Shown here: positions 19,260 to 27,225 of the stretch, one piece after another
Position numbering within the stretch: the first letter of the stretch is position 1
How the letters are laid out: each line of letters opens with the position of its first letter
Virus record (IMG/VR): IMGVR_UViG_3300028886_000035
Coordinates: 1 to 64,000 of that record
Reading direction: 5' to 3' (one strand)
DNA length: 64,000 nucleotides
From: a virus
Lineage: Duplodnaviria > Caudoviricetes
Position numbers and translations under genes: made by a program
Notes under the pieces: model-generated
The model's input: only the letters and a program-made list of their open reading frames with translations
Told to the model about the DNA's origin: nothing
The model's database searches: none

Positions 19260-19511
19260 TTATTCATCTTCATCTTCATCTTCGTCACTATAATCAATGC
19301 CTAGTGTAGATAAAACATCTTCATCTTCAAACCAAAGATAATCATTAATGGAAGTTAAATCAGAACCATCAAATTGTTCTGCTAAAAGTTCCATAAGTTC
19401 TTCTTCTTTATCTTCATCTTCTACAATTTTAAGTGTATCTAATGCACCACCCCAACAAGCATCCATCAAATCATTAAAATTCATTTCTGTTGTAACATTA
19501 ACTGTTGCCAT
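19260..19511 (-). CDS. Small highly acidic protein
   Basis: 83 aa, D/E-rich, AAGGA SD; weakly similar to 25538..25774. Confidence 0.65.
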   Translation of the reverse strand: MATVNVTTEMNFNDLMDACWGGALDTLKIVEDEDKEEELMELLAEQFDGSDLTSINDYLWFEDEDVLSTLGIDYSDEDEDEDE

Positions 19512-19578
19512 ATATTAATCATCCTTTTATATACAAAATTTAATAAATTTATTTTTCATTAACAATATATATATTTAT

Positions 19579-20442
19579 TTACAAATTATTCAATGAATTA
19601 TAAATTTTTTTAGCTATATTTTTTGCTATTGGTTGGAAAATCGTCCTACCTGCTCTTTCATACAAGGCAGAATTTGATAATCCTGTATTAATCAATTTAT
19701 CTATATCACTATCGTTCATACCTTGTAAACGAAAACATTCTCTAGGAGTAAGTTTTCTTAATTTATTATCTGTTATAACCATCGGTACATTATTACCACC
19801 TGTACCCATAGAAGCAGTTAAAGTTGGTACATATCCTTTAGTAATTCTAAATCTTTTTCTTCTATATTGGTAGACTTTAATGTTTCTATCATATGCGAAA
19901 CTCTTTGTTTCGATAGGAAAAATTTCTTTTGTGGGTTTTTCTCTAAAATGTCCGACAATGAATACCCTTTCTCTGATGATTGGGTAGCCTGTATCTTTCG
20001 CGTTTGGACAAAACCATTCGACATCATACCCCAATTCATCCAACTTCCGCAATATTGATTTAAAGGAATTTCCTTCATCGTGATTTAACAATCCTTTCAC
20101 ATTTTCAAACCAAAACATAGTTGGCTTTTTAATTTCTAATATTTTAGCCAATTCCCAAAACATTTGTGCTCTAGGGTCTTGCGAAGCAAAACCCATTCTA
20201 TCCCCTGCCATAGAAAATTTACAGCAAGGAAACCCGCCACACAATAAATCTATATCGGGAATATCGTAATAATTATATTTACGAATATCTTCCGTATAAG
20301 GTAATTCTCCATGTAATGCTTGATAACAAATTTGTGCATTTTTATCATAATCAGAACTAAATACACATTCTGATGGAACAGAATTTAAAGCTAAACGAAA
20401 ACCACCTATTCCACAAAACATATCTGCATATCTTATCTTCAA
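19579..20442 (-). CDS. C5 DNA cytosine methyltransferase family protein with atypical motif X (AGRT instead of AGNS); candidate carboxymethyltransferase
   Basis: Motif I DMFCGIGG, IV GGFPC, VI FENVKGL, VIII RERVFIVG, IX RKLTPRECFRLQG, X LYERAGRTI. Confidence 0.9.
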   Translation of the reverse strand: MKIRYADMFCGIGGFRLALNSVPSECVFSSDYDKNAQICYQALHGELPYTEDIRKYNYYDIPDIDLLCGGFPCCKFSMAGDRMGFASQDPRAQMFWELAKILEIKKPTMFWFENVKGLLNHDEGNSFKSILRKLDELGYDVEWFCPNAKDTGYPIIRERVFIVGHFREKPTKEIFPIETKSFAYDRNIKVYQYRRKRFRITKGYVPTLTASMGTGGNNVPMVITDNKLRKLTPRECFRLQGMNDSDIDKLINTGLSNSALYERAGRTIFQPIAKNIAKKIYNSLNNL

Positions 20443-20452
20443 AATTTTTACC

Positions 20453-21169
20453 TCATTTCAAAGCCACAATTCCTTCAAAATTTAAACATTTCCAAAATGT
20501 TTCCATTTTAGTAAATCCTGCCTGTTTTAACAAGTCTCTATTCCAATTAGAAGTAACAGGAACTAAAACACCTTCTAAAGATTTTTTCTTCCTATTAATA
20601 GCATCGTAACTATAACCATTATCCGATTTTATATCATAATACGATTTAACCAACATATTATTAATTACATTATCAGAACCTAATATTTTTTCAACAAAAA
20701 TAAAAACACCATTTTTATTCAAATGATTATAAATATCTGATAAAATAGATTGTCTATATTCAATTGGCGTAAATTGAATGGTTAAAACGGATGTAATTAT
20801 ATCAAACCCTTCTACACCAATTTTGCCACACAAAGAATTTAAACCTGTTAAAACATTAAACTGTTCAATTACAACATTATTATTTTTTACAAAACGTTCT
20901 CTAGCTTGTTGTAACATTGGTTCACTTATATCAATTCCATAACATTTCATATCATTACAAAAATCATCAATATTAATACCATTAGAACAGCCAATATCTA
21001 ACAAAGTATGTTTATTAGACACAGAATTATTAATAATTAATTTTTCTAATTTACGCATATTTTGATAATCAGGAATGGAACGTTCTAACATATTATCAAA
21101 ACATTTTGCTACTTCTTCATTAAATTTCCATTTTCCTTTTGGTTGAACAAAATCTATAACTTTTTCCAC
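20453..21169 (-). CDS. cmoA: CmoA-like carboxy-S-adenosylmethionine synthase
   Basis: WKFNEEVAKCFDNMLERSIPDY, DIGCSNG, LTIQF, FVEKI, NGYS...KKKSLEGVL, AGF...LNFEGIVALK follow CmoA over the whole length. Probable GTG start at 21169 behind AAAGGA. Confidence 0.8.
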   Translation of the reverse strand: MEKVIDFVQPKGKWKFNEEVAKCFDNMLERSIPDYQNMRKLEKLIINNSVSNKHTLLDIGCSNGINIDDFCNDMKCYGIDISEPMLQQARERFVKNNNVVIEQFNVLTGLNSLCGKIGVEGFDIITSVLTIQFTPIEYRQSILSDIYNHLNKNGVFIFVEKILGSDNVINNMLVKSYYDIKSDNGYSYDAINRKKKSLEGVLVPVTSNWNRDLLKQAGFTKMETFWKCLNFEGIVALK

Positions 21170-21183
21170 AATATAAAATCCTT

Positions 21184-21630
21184 TCAATCACTTTCAGATT
21201 CTATAATTTTTATTCTTTCAACAACCATACTACTTGATATTCTATACTTTATTATTATATCAGATAATTTAGTAATTGGTTTAATTGCTTTTCGTGGAAT
21301 CAAATACATAATTGCAAAATGTGAAACAATATTTTCTAATTCAAAATTTCTTGTATTATATGGAATATCTAACAATATATTTCCTAACATCCTTATTATA
21401 TCAAATATTTCTTGGTATTTATTTATTCCATTACATATATACAACGTATATCCATTATCGTTTTTAATAATACATTTATCATATAAAAAATCAATATCAT
21501 TTTTATATTCAATTGTAATATTATAAAATCTTAACAACTTATAATATTCTATACTAGGGATTTCTATGTTAAATTTATTATATAAATTTTGCACCAAATT
21601 TTCTAGGTCTTGCAAAACATCTTTTTTCAT
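21184..21630 (-). CDS. ImmA/IrrE (DUF955)-like protein lacking the HExxH zinc motif
   Basis: IFDIIRMLGNILL and ELENIVSHFAIMYLIP resemble RFTIAHELGHILL and ExEANxFAxxLLxP. True start is ATG 21630; the ORF-track extension lies inside the IS end. Confidence 0.45.
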   Translation of the reverse strand: MKKDVLQDLENLVQNLYNKFNIEIPSIEYYKLLRFYNITIEYKNDIDFLYDKCIIKNDNGYTLYICNGINKYQEIFDIIRMLGNILLDIPYNTRNFELENIVSHFAIMYLIPRKAIKPITKLSDIIIKYRISSSMVVERIKIIESESD

Positions 21631-21650
21631 AATTCCGAAGCGCACCCCCA

Positions 21651-21885
21651 CTGACTGTACCCACAGGCAAGCCTGTGGGGTTCGTTCTTTCAAGTTTAGC
21701 CCATATCCTTACATCATTTTCAGACTTTGGGAGTATGGGTATAAGTCTGTTTGAGAGCGAACATCATTTATTACCGAGCATCCCGTTGGACACATCTCTC
21801 AAGGTCACTTATGTTTCCTTGGTATGGCAAATTTCTGTCATAAGACAAGGAGGCGAGCAGTCAGTCCCCCTATATTAAAATTTGT
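21651..21885 (-). ncRNA. Putative TnpB omegaRNA scaffold
   Basis: Non-coding stretch between tnpB stop and right end. 5' CTGACTG (21858-21864) is complementary to the terminal CAGTCAG. Internal hairpin CAGACTT/AAGTCTG has loop CCCATA able to pair with downstream TATGGG. Confidence 0.65.
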
Positions 21886-23499
21886 TTACGCTATCTTAAT
21901 ACCGCTATTCAAAATCTTTATCTTATTTGTCTTAATCCATGTGATTAAGGCTTTTTCTTTGGCTAAGTGTTTTTTAAACTCATTGTGACATTTCTCCTTA
22001 TCAATACCTTGCGTTGTGAAATCAAAACAATATAGCAAAAATGAGGAATACCAATCCCTCTGAACTTTTGTACCATCTGTGAGATTATACATTCTCTGGG
22101 ACAGTTTTTTCTTTATGTATTCATCAGCGATGTGGTCATACTGGGAAGCTCGATAATTATATGGAACTTCAATATAAGCACCACCAGTAGAATTAAACTT
22201 AGCTTCTACAGTAGACTGAAATCCTCCTGGACAACGGTTTTTGATGGACTTGCCGAACCGTTTCTTGCGGTTGATTTTGCCTGTCTTTTTACTAACAGTA
22301 GTTTCTTTAGCTCGTTTCATAAGTTTTGAGGCATTCTTTGGCTCAGTAACAAATATATCTCCTAAACTACGGAGATAGTTTGCGTCTTCATTGATTGCCA
22401 AATGCCTGTTAATGGCGTTCTTTCGGCAAAGTTCGGCGTGTTTATACCGAAGCACCTTATAGTGCTTGGAATAAACCCACTTCTTCTTTCCTTTCTTAAT
22501 CGTTCCGTTCTCGTTATAATTTTGTGGGTTTGTTGCCCGTCTTGACCTATCCATTGCCCGATAATATAGCCGTTCCAAACGCTCGGATTTCTGGATACTG
22601 TTACCATGCTCGGAAAGATTCTTCAAACCAACCTCAGTATCGGACGTATAAGCAAAGGTTTGTGTACCAATATCAGAACCAACTATACCTTTGCCGTAGT
22701 GATGACGATGATTGCCATATCTATCGTACTTTCTGACAGCTTTGCCCTCAATCGTTAAATGCAGATATAATCTATACCTACCTCTGATTTTCTTAGGAAC
22801 AAGCGTTGCATAGCAGGGGCGATATGTGTCAATACAAATACCTTCACAAAGGAATGTGTTGACCGCTTTTTCATCAATAGCGGAAACATTCGCCAGATAA
22901 TGCAAAACAGCATGGATTTCGTCTTTTTGAAATCTATCACGGACATTTAAGCCAAACTTAATGCCTTGAAATTTGAAAGTCAGACCACTTTCTTCCACGG
23001 ACATCGGAATGCCACGATTGGTTTGCTTTGCCCTGATACAAGGCAAATTATCATACTTGGCAAAATGTATGGTTGCTCCATTACCATACAGACATTTTTC
23101 GATACCACGCCAAACGTCCTCGGCTTTAGTCAGAGCAAAGATTGAGTCTACGTCATATTTTTTTCGGATATAAGTCATGGAGTTTCTACAAAAATCCCAT
23201 GTAACATTGTATATTTGTTGCATTTCGTTGAGTTGTTGGGCTAACATTTTTCTTTTGTTCTTATGCTTAGTTTTTCCATACAAAGTCAATAATTTGCGAT
23301 ACCGTTTCGTCTGAATAAGTTGTTCATACTGTTTTCGCATAAGTCCAATAAGTTCATTTCCCGCCTTGCGGATTTTGTTAGCATAAGCCACAACATTAAG
23401 AACATCACAATAAGGCATATCAGTTTCAACGACCAAAATATGCCTGTTAGAAGCCTTATGATATTTTTTAAGAGCTTGTTGAAATTCCTTCTCTGTCAT
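21886..23499 (-). CDS. tnpB: TnpB-family RNA-guided nuclease, large (~537 aa), no C-terminal Cys4 zinc finger
   Basis: RuvC-I GIVGSDIG, RuvC-II FVTEP, RuvC-III QRDWYSS; downstream of tnpA inside the IS. Confidence 0.8.
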   Translation of the reverse strand: MTEKEFQQALKKYHKASNRHILVVETDMPYCDVLNVVAYANKIRKAGNELIGLMRKQYEQLIQTKRYRKLLTLYGKTKHKNKRKMLAQQLNEMQQIYNVTWDFCRNSMTYIRKKYDVDSIFALTKAEDVWRGIEKCLYGNGATIHFAKYDNLPCIRAKQTNRGIPMSVEESGLTFKFQGIKFGLNVRDRFQKDEIHAVLHYLANVSAIDEKAVNTFLCEGICIDTYRPCYATLVPKKIRGRYRLYLHLTIEGKAVRKYDRYGNHRHHYGKGIVGSDIGTQTFAYTSDTEVGLKNLSEHGNSIQKSERLERLYYRAMDRSRRATNPQNYNENGTIKKGKKKWVYSKHYKVLRYKHAELCRKNAINRHLAINEDANYLRSLGDIFVTEPKNASKLMKRAKETTVSKKTGKINRKKRFGKSIKNRCPGGFQSTVEAKFNSTGGAYIEVPYNYRASQYDHIADEYIKKKLSQRMYNLTDGTKVQRDWYSSFLLYCFDFTTQGIDKEKCHNEFKKHLAKEKALITWIKTNKIKILNSGIKIA

Positions 23500-23905
23500 G
23501 ACTTTTCTGTTCCTCAATATACTTAATTACAGTGGACTCGCTAATATGTCCTACGGTAGAGATAAAATAGCCTCGTGACCACAATACCCCACAACGGGCA
23601 TAAAATTGTTTTAGTAAGGGGAATGCTTTGAACATTTCTATGGTACTAAGACTTTTTAAGGTACGCACAATGTCGCACGGGGCAACAGTTTGTGGTGCAT
23701 CAATAAAGATATGGATATGGTCTGGCATGACTTCCAGTGCCTTGATGACATAGCTGTATCTATCGCAAATACCGTGGAGAATTTGTTTCAATGTGTCCTC
23801 GACATTCCCGTTTAAAACAGAAAACCGAAACTTGGGACACCAGATGATATGATATTGAACAAGATATTTGCAATGAGACGCACTATGATATTGGTCATCA
23901 TACAT
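23468..23905 (-). CDS. tnpA: IS200-family Y1 (HUH) transposase TnpA
   Basis: YHIIWCPKFR, EVMPDHIHIFI (HUH), LWSRGYFISTVG, IKYIEEQ (catalytic Tyr). Likely start ATG 23905. Confidence 0.95.
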   Translation of the reverse strand: MYDDQYHSASHCKYLVQYHIIWCPKFRFSVLNGNVEDTLKQILHGICDRYSYVIKALEVMPDHIHIFIDAPQTVAPCDIVRTLKSLSTIEMFKAFPLLKQFYARCGVLWSRGYFISTVGHISESTVIKYIEEQKSHDREGISTSS

Positions 23906-24081
23906 GACTTGGTTCTCCCAACTGGTATTTTTCTTTAATTCCACACCTCATAAGGTCAAGAAAAGTAATGGTTTTTCCCTTCCTCCACAGAATATATCCT
24001 TGCAAGGCTTTCAAGCTCTGTCTTCCATACAATCGGAATAGAAATATTGATTTGGACGTTATCGCTCTTTGGTCTAGCCAT
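23898..24081 (-). pseudogene. Small ribbon-helix-helix-like accessory gene of the IS, frameshifted
   Basis: GAAAGGAG SD, then MARPKSDNVQINISIPIVWKTELESLARIYSVEEGK. An extra A in GGGAAAAAC (~23972-23976) gives a stop at 23956. The shifted frame continues TITFLDLMRCGIKEKYQLG to 23898, overlapping the tnpA start. Confidence 0.5.
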
Positions 24082-24120
24082 TTAAACAGACTCCTTTCTT
24101 GATATTTTTATTATACATAG

Positions 24121-24149
24121 ATTATATATTATGTCTATGCTTTTGTCAA
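24121..24149 (-). promoter_or_regulatory. Consensus sigma70/sigmaA promoter inside the IS left end
   Basis: TTGACA-17 nt-TATAAT on the minus strand. Confidence 0.8.
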
Positions 24150-24209
24150 GGAAAAAGAAAGGTGGCTTTCATCCCACGGGCAAGACCCGTGGGTTTTCGC
24201 CACCGTTTT

Positions 24210-25480
24210 ATAACAATTTTCTTTTGTGAAATTGTCAAATTCATTTTTCCTACAAAAAATCGAATTTTTTGGCTTGTTCCCAACATCATTTAAAAATGTT
24301 TCAAAACTACTTTCCCATTGTTTACATATAGAAATTCCTTTTTCACCATAGTATTTGTATTTAGGATTATTTTTATTATTACACCATTGTTTTATATTAT
24401 TCCACACGGTATATTCTTCTTTATTTATTGATGTAATTCCGATTCGATTAATCTTACATCCACAAGAAGTGGTATGATTTGTTGTTAAACTATTTCCTAA
24501 TTTATCACAATAGTTTCCACAATCGCACCTACATAACCATCTTATTTTCCCTTTTTTATTTGTTAATCTTGCAACAACTGTGAGTGCTCCAAATTTTTGT
24601 CCAATTAAATTGTTAAAATTTTTTCTTGTCGAAATTGATATAATTTCATTTTTATAATCATCATATGATAATAGTTCTTTTGTTATTTTATTTATTTTTT
24701 TCTTTTTTTTAAAAATATCTTCAACGGAAAAATTCTTATTATATCTATAACTTAATGTACCTACTGGTATTCCTGTAATTTCGCTCCATTCAGAAAGATT
24801 ATGCGTTTCTGAACGATAAGTTATCAGAACATCATAATTATTTGATTTCTCTTTTTTGTTCTTTTTAATAATTTTTTCTATACTCCATCCTAAAGATAAC
24901 CTTTCATAGATACATTTTGATGATATATATATAATTTTACTTAATTCATTAACCGTATATTCTTTATCCTTATATTTAATTACAATGTTTCTTGTTGTGT
25001 TTTGATTTTGTTCTTTTATTGTAGCCCATCTACAATTTTCTTTACAATAATTTCCATTTACATCAATTCTATCTATGGTAGTATTTTTTCTCCATATTTT
25101 TTAATATGTTGCAAATAAGAATCATACATATCATTTTTAAATTCTTCAAAACTATTCCATTCTACTTTAATTCCTCTACCACCATAATTTTTATATCGTT
25201 TATTATTTGGATTATAGCAACGACTTTTCATTCCATAAAATTTTTTATAAAATTTTGTTTTAGACATACCGTGCAATTTTTCTTTTTTTGATATTTTCTC
25301 ATATTTTTTACAACCACAAGATGTTGTATTTCCATATTTTAAATCATACGCATATCGTTCTACATACTTTCCACAGGAACATCTGCATAACCATCTTGTT
25401 CTACCATATCTATCTTCTGCACGTTTTATAACCGTCAAATCTCCAAAAACTTGATTTGTTAAATCTACAAATTTAGACAT
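24210..25480 (-). pseudogene. Tandem two-module HNH-type (homing) endonuclease, broken by a frameshift at ~25085 and by the IS; last 7 codons at 21627..21650
   Basis: Two copies of FGxLTV..WLCRCxCG...TTSCGC...YKxYGxxGI...ENCxW. One A is missing in GAAAAAAT at 25084-25089. The shifted frame (TTIDRIDVNGNYCKENCRWAT...) is open by hand translation from 25082 to 24210. Confidence 0.8.
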
Positions 25481-25502
25481 ACTTATCACCAAAATATTAT
25501 AT

Positions 25503-25533
25503 AAAAAAGAGGAACATTTCATTGTTCCTCTTT
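25503..25533 (-). terminator. Intrinsic terminator
   Basis: AAAGAGGAACA/TGTTCCTCTTT. Confidence 0.65.
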
Positions 25534-25537
25534 ATCA

Positions 25538-25774
25538 TCATACATCTAAATAATCTTTCTCAGGAATATCCATCCAATGACATATCATTCTTAATCCTAA
25601 ATCACTATTTAAACAATCAAGAATTTCATCAAATGTCTCTTCATCAAAAATATCCATAAATTGGTCTTCTAATCCTAAATCTTCAACTTTCCGTAAAAAT
25701 TTTCTTGCTCTATCATTTGCACAATATTCTATATCAGCAAAATCTACATCAAGTACACATTTAATTGTTTTCAT
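25538..25774 (-). CDS. Small acidic protein
   Basis: 78 aa, own SD, promoter motif and terminator; weak similarity to 19260..19511. Confidence 0.6.
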   Translation of the reverse strand: MKTIKCVLDVDFADIEYCANDRARKFLRKVEDLGLEDQFMDIFDEETFDEILDCLNSDLGLRMICHWMDIPEKDYLDV

Positions 25775-25820
25775 ATTTATCCGTCCTTTTTTATTTTTCT
25801 ATTTGTAAAATAAAACATAA

Positions 25821-25851
25821 GAAAAGAAATATCATAGTGATATTTCTTTTC
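25821..25851 (-). terminator. Terminator after the tube genes
   Basis: GAAAAGAAATATCA/TGATATTTCTTTTC. Confidence 0.6.
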
Positions 25852-25858
25852 CTGTATA

Positions 25859-26536
25859 TTAATAAACATCTGCATACATAATAGAAGCTGATTCAGCAAC
25901 AGTAATGTTTGATACTGTATAGCTCTTTGAATAAGAAGATAACCAACAATCAATGTATGTTTCAACATAGAATTCATCATCAGAACCATTACGTCTAGTT
26001 TTTGTTTGAATTTCCAAAGGAACTTTTTGGTCTTTCAACGTCTTAAATACTCTACGTGTATTAACATGATAGCTATCTGCACCATCATCATTTTCAAGCG
26101 TTGGAGCATCCCAATTATTAGATGTACCATCTTTTTCTTTATAGACTTTACTACCAACTTCGTTAAATGCACGACCATTAGTTGTTAAACCAATAGCGTT
26201 CCAAATAGAAGATTCATACAATGCAATACGGTTGACTTGTAATGTACCTCCACGGTAATTCGTTGGAACTGCCTGTACAACACCTTCCCAACCGATAGCT
26301 TGTAATTTATTAACCTGTCTTTGTTCACTAACATTAAAACTTTGTATCATTCCTACAATATATCCATTTGCATAAACAAATATATTCGTAGAAGTTGTAA
26401 TCAACGAGTTATCATTAGATGAAGTCGGTTGCATTGTATTATTTGCAACACGAATATCATTTCTAGTAGCACGATGGGTATTTGTAGAAGTGTTTTGACC
26501 AAAGTTATTAAAATGTTTACTTGCATCATAAGCCAT
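25859..26536 (-). CDS. Tail tube protein paralogue 2
   Basis: Clear paralogue of 26552..27184 (ITTSTNI.VG.IQSF..SE.R..G.EGVVQ..RIAL...LEIQ.KT...YVETY.DCWLS.YSK...ITVAE.A.I.Y.DVY); downstream of the sheath gene. Confidence 0.75.
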   Translation of the reverse strand: MAYDASKHFNNFGQNTSTNTHRATRNDIRVANNTMQPTSSNDNSLITTSTNIFVYANGYIVGMIQSFNVSEQRQVNKLQAIGWEGVVQAVPTNYRGGTLQVNRIALYESSIWNAIGLTTNGRAFNEVGSKVYKEKDGTSNNWDAPTLENDDGADSYHVNTRRVFKTLKDQKVPLEIQTKTRRNGSDDEFYVETYIDCWLSSYSKSYTVSNITVAESASIMYADVY

Positions 26537-26551
26537 ATTCTACTTCACCCC

Positions 26552-27184
26552 TTAATCTTTTGCCGTAACATAATCAGAATACACATCTGAATACTGTATT
26601 GTAGCCGTTTCTGCTACTGTTATTTGACCTGCACTAATAGCTTTTGAATAAGCTGATAACCAACAATCTACATATGTTTCTACATAGTATGCTTTTGTTT
26701 CCATATCAGGCATTTTAGTTTTAACTTGAATTTCAAGTGGTACACGTTGTTCTTTTAAATTTTTAAAAGGATTACCTAACGTATTTCCTGTACCGCCTTG
26801 GGCTACTGCGTTACCAGGGATTTGTTCAGAATATGTAGCAAAATGTCCTGTTTTTGTCATACCTAAAGCATTAAACAAATTACCATTGAAAAGAGCAATA
26901 CGGTTAATAGAAATCTGACCACCATTCGTATTACCTGGTGCCATTTGAACGACACCTTCTGTTCCTAATTCTTGAATAGGGGTAATTGTACGAGATTCAG
27001 AAGGGGAGAAGGATTGAATAAATCCAACCCTCTGATTATTACAATAAATTTCAATGTTTGTAGATGTAATAGGTAATGATGCACTATTATCTAAAATGCC
27101 TACCATACCTGTAGCACGTTGGGTATTTAGCCATTTATTAGTATCAGATGTGTACGCTGACTGCGTACCATTGACTAATGCCAT
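26552..27184 (-). CDS. Tail tube protein paralogue 1
   Basis: Immediately after sheath; ~210 aa beta-rich, with tube-like YxDCW motif. Confidence 0.75.
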   Translation of the reverse strand: MALVNGTQSAYTSDTNKWLNTQRATGMVGILDNSASLPITSTNIEIYCNNQRVGFIQSFSPSESRTITPIQELGTEGVVQMAPGNTNGGQISINRIALFNGNLFNALGMTKTGHFATYSEQIPGNAVAQGGTGNTLGNPFKNLKEQRVPLEIQVKTKMPDMETKAYYVETYVDCWLSAYSKAISAGQITVAETATIQYSDVYSDYVTAKD

Positions 27185-27225
27185 GAAAAATCACCTACCA
27201 ATTTATTAAACCTTAATTAAATTAA

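Larger units (their letters stand above)
21651..24209 (-). mobile_element. IS200/IS605-family element (frameshifted small accessory gene, tnpA, tnpB)
   Basis: Subterminal hairpins CCCACGGG-caaga-CCCGTGGG (~24173-24193) and CCCACAGGC-aa-GCCTGTGGG (~21660-21679); higher GC than flanks. Removing 21651..24209 restores the host frame ...ENCY|WGCASEL*. Inserted 3' of TTAT, right end TCAG, no target duplication. Confidence 0.9.

Noticed and set aside
20453-21169. cmoA as a simple tRNA-modification auxiliary gene
   Set aside because: Not excluded, but no cmoB or tRNA genes are in the window, and the coupled MTase carries the substitution expected for carboxy-SAM use.
21886-23499. Large RuvC protein as a Cas12 effector
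   Set aside because: No repeat-spacer array seen in the window; it lies within IS605 ends next to tnpA.
21651-24209. IStron (group I intron-IS chimera), suggested by the TCAG right end and insertion in a gene
   Set aside because: Only ~130 nt lie between the left end and the first ORF, occupied by the hairpin and a promoter; no room or motifs for a group I core.
25073-25095. Programmed -1 frameshift in the endonuclease gene
   Set aside because: No canonical X XXY YYZ heptamer in frame, and the gene is also hit by an IS. A homopolymer deletion or sequencing error is simpler.
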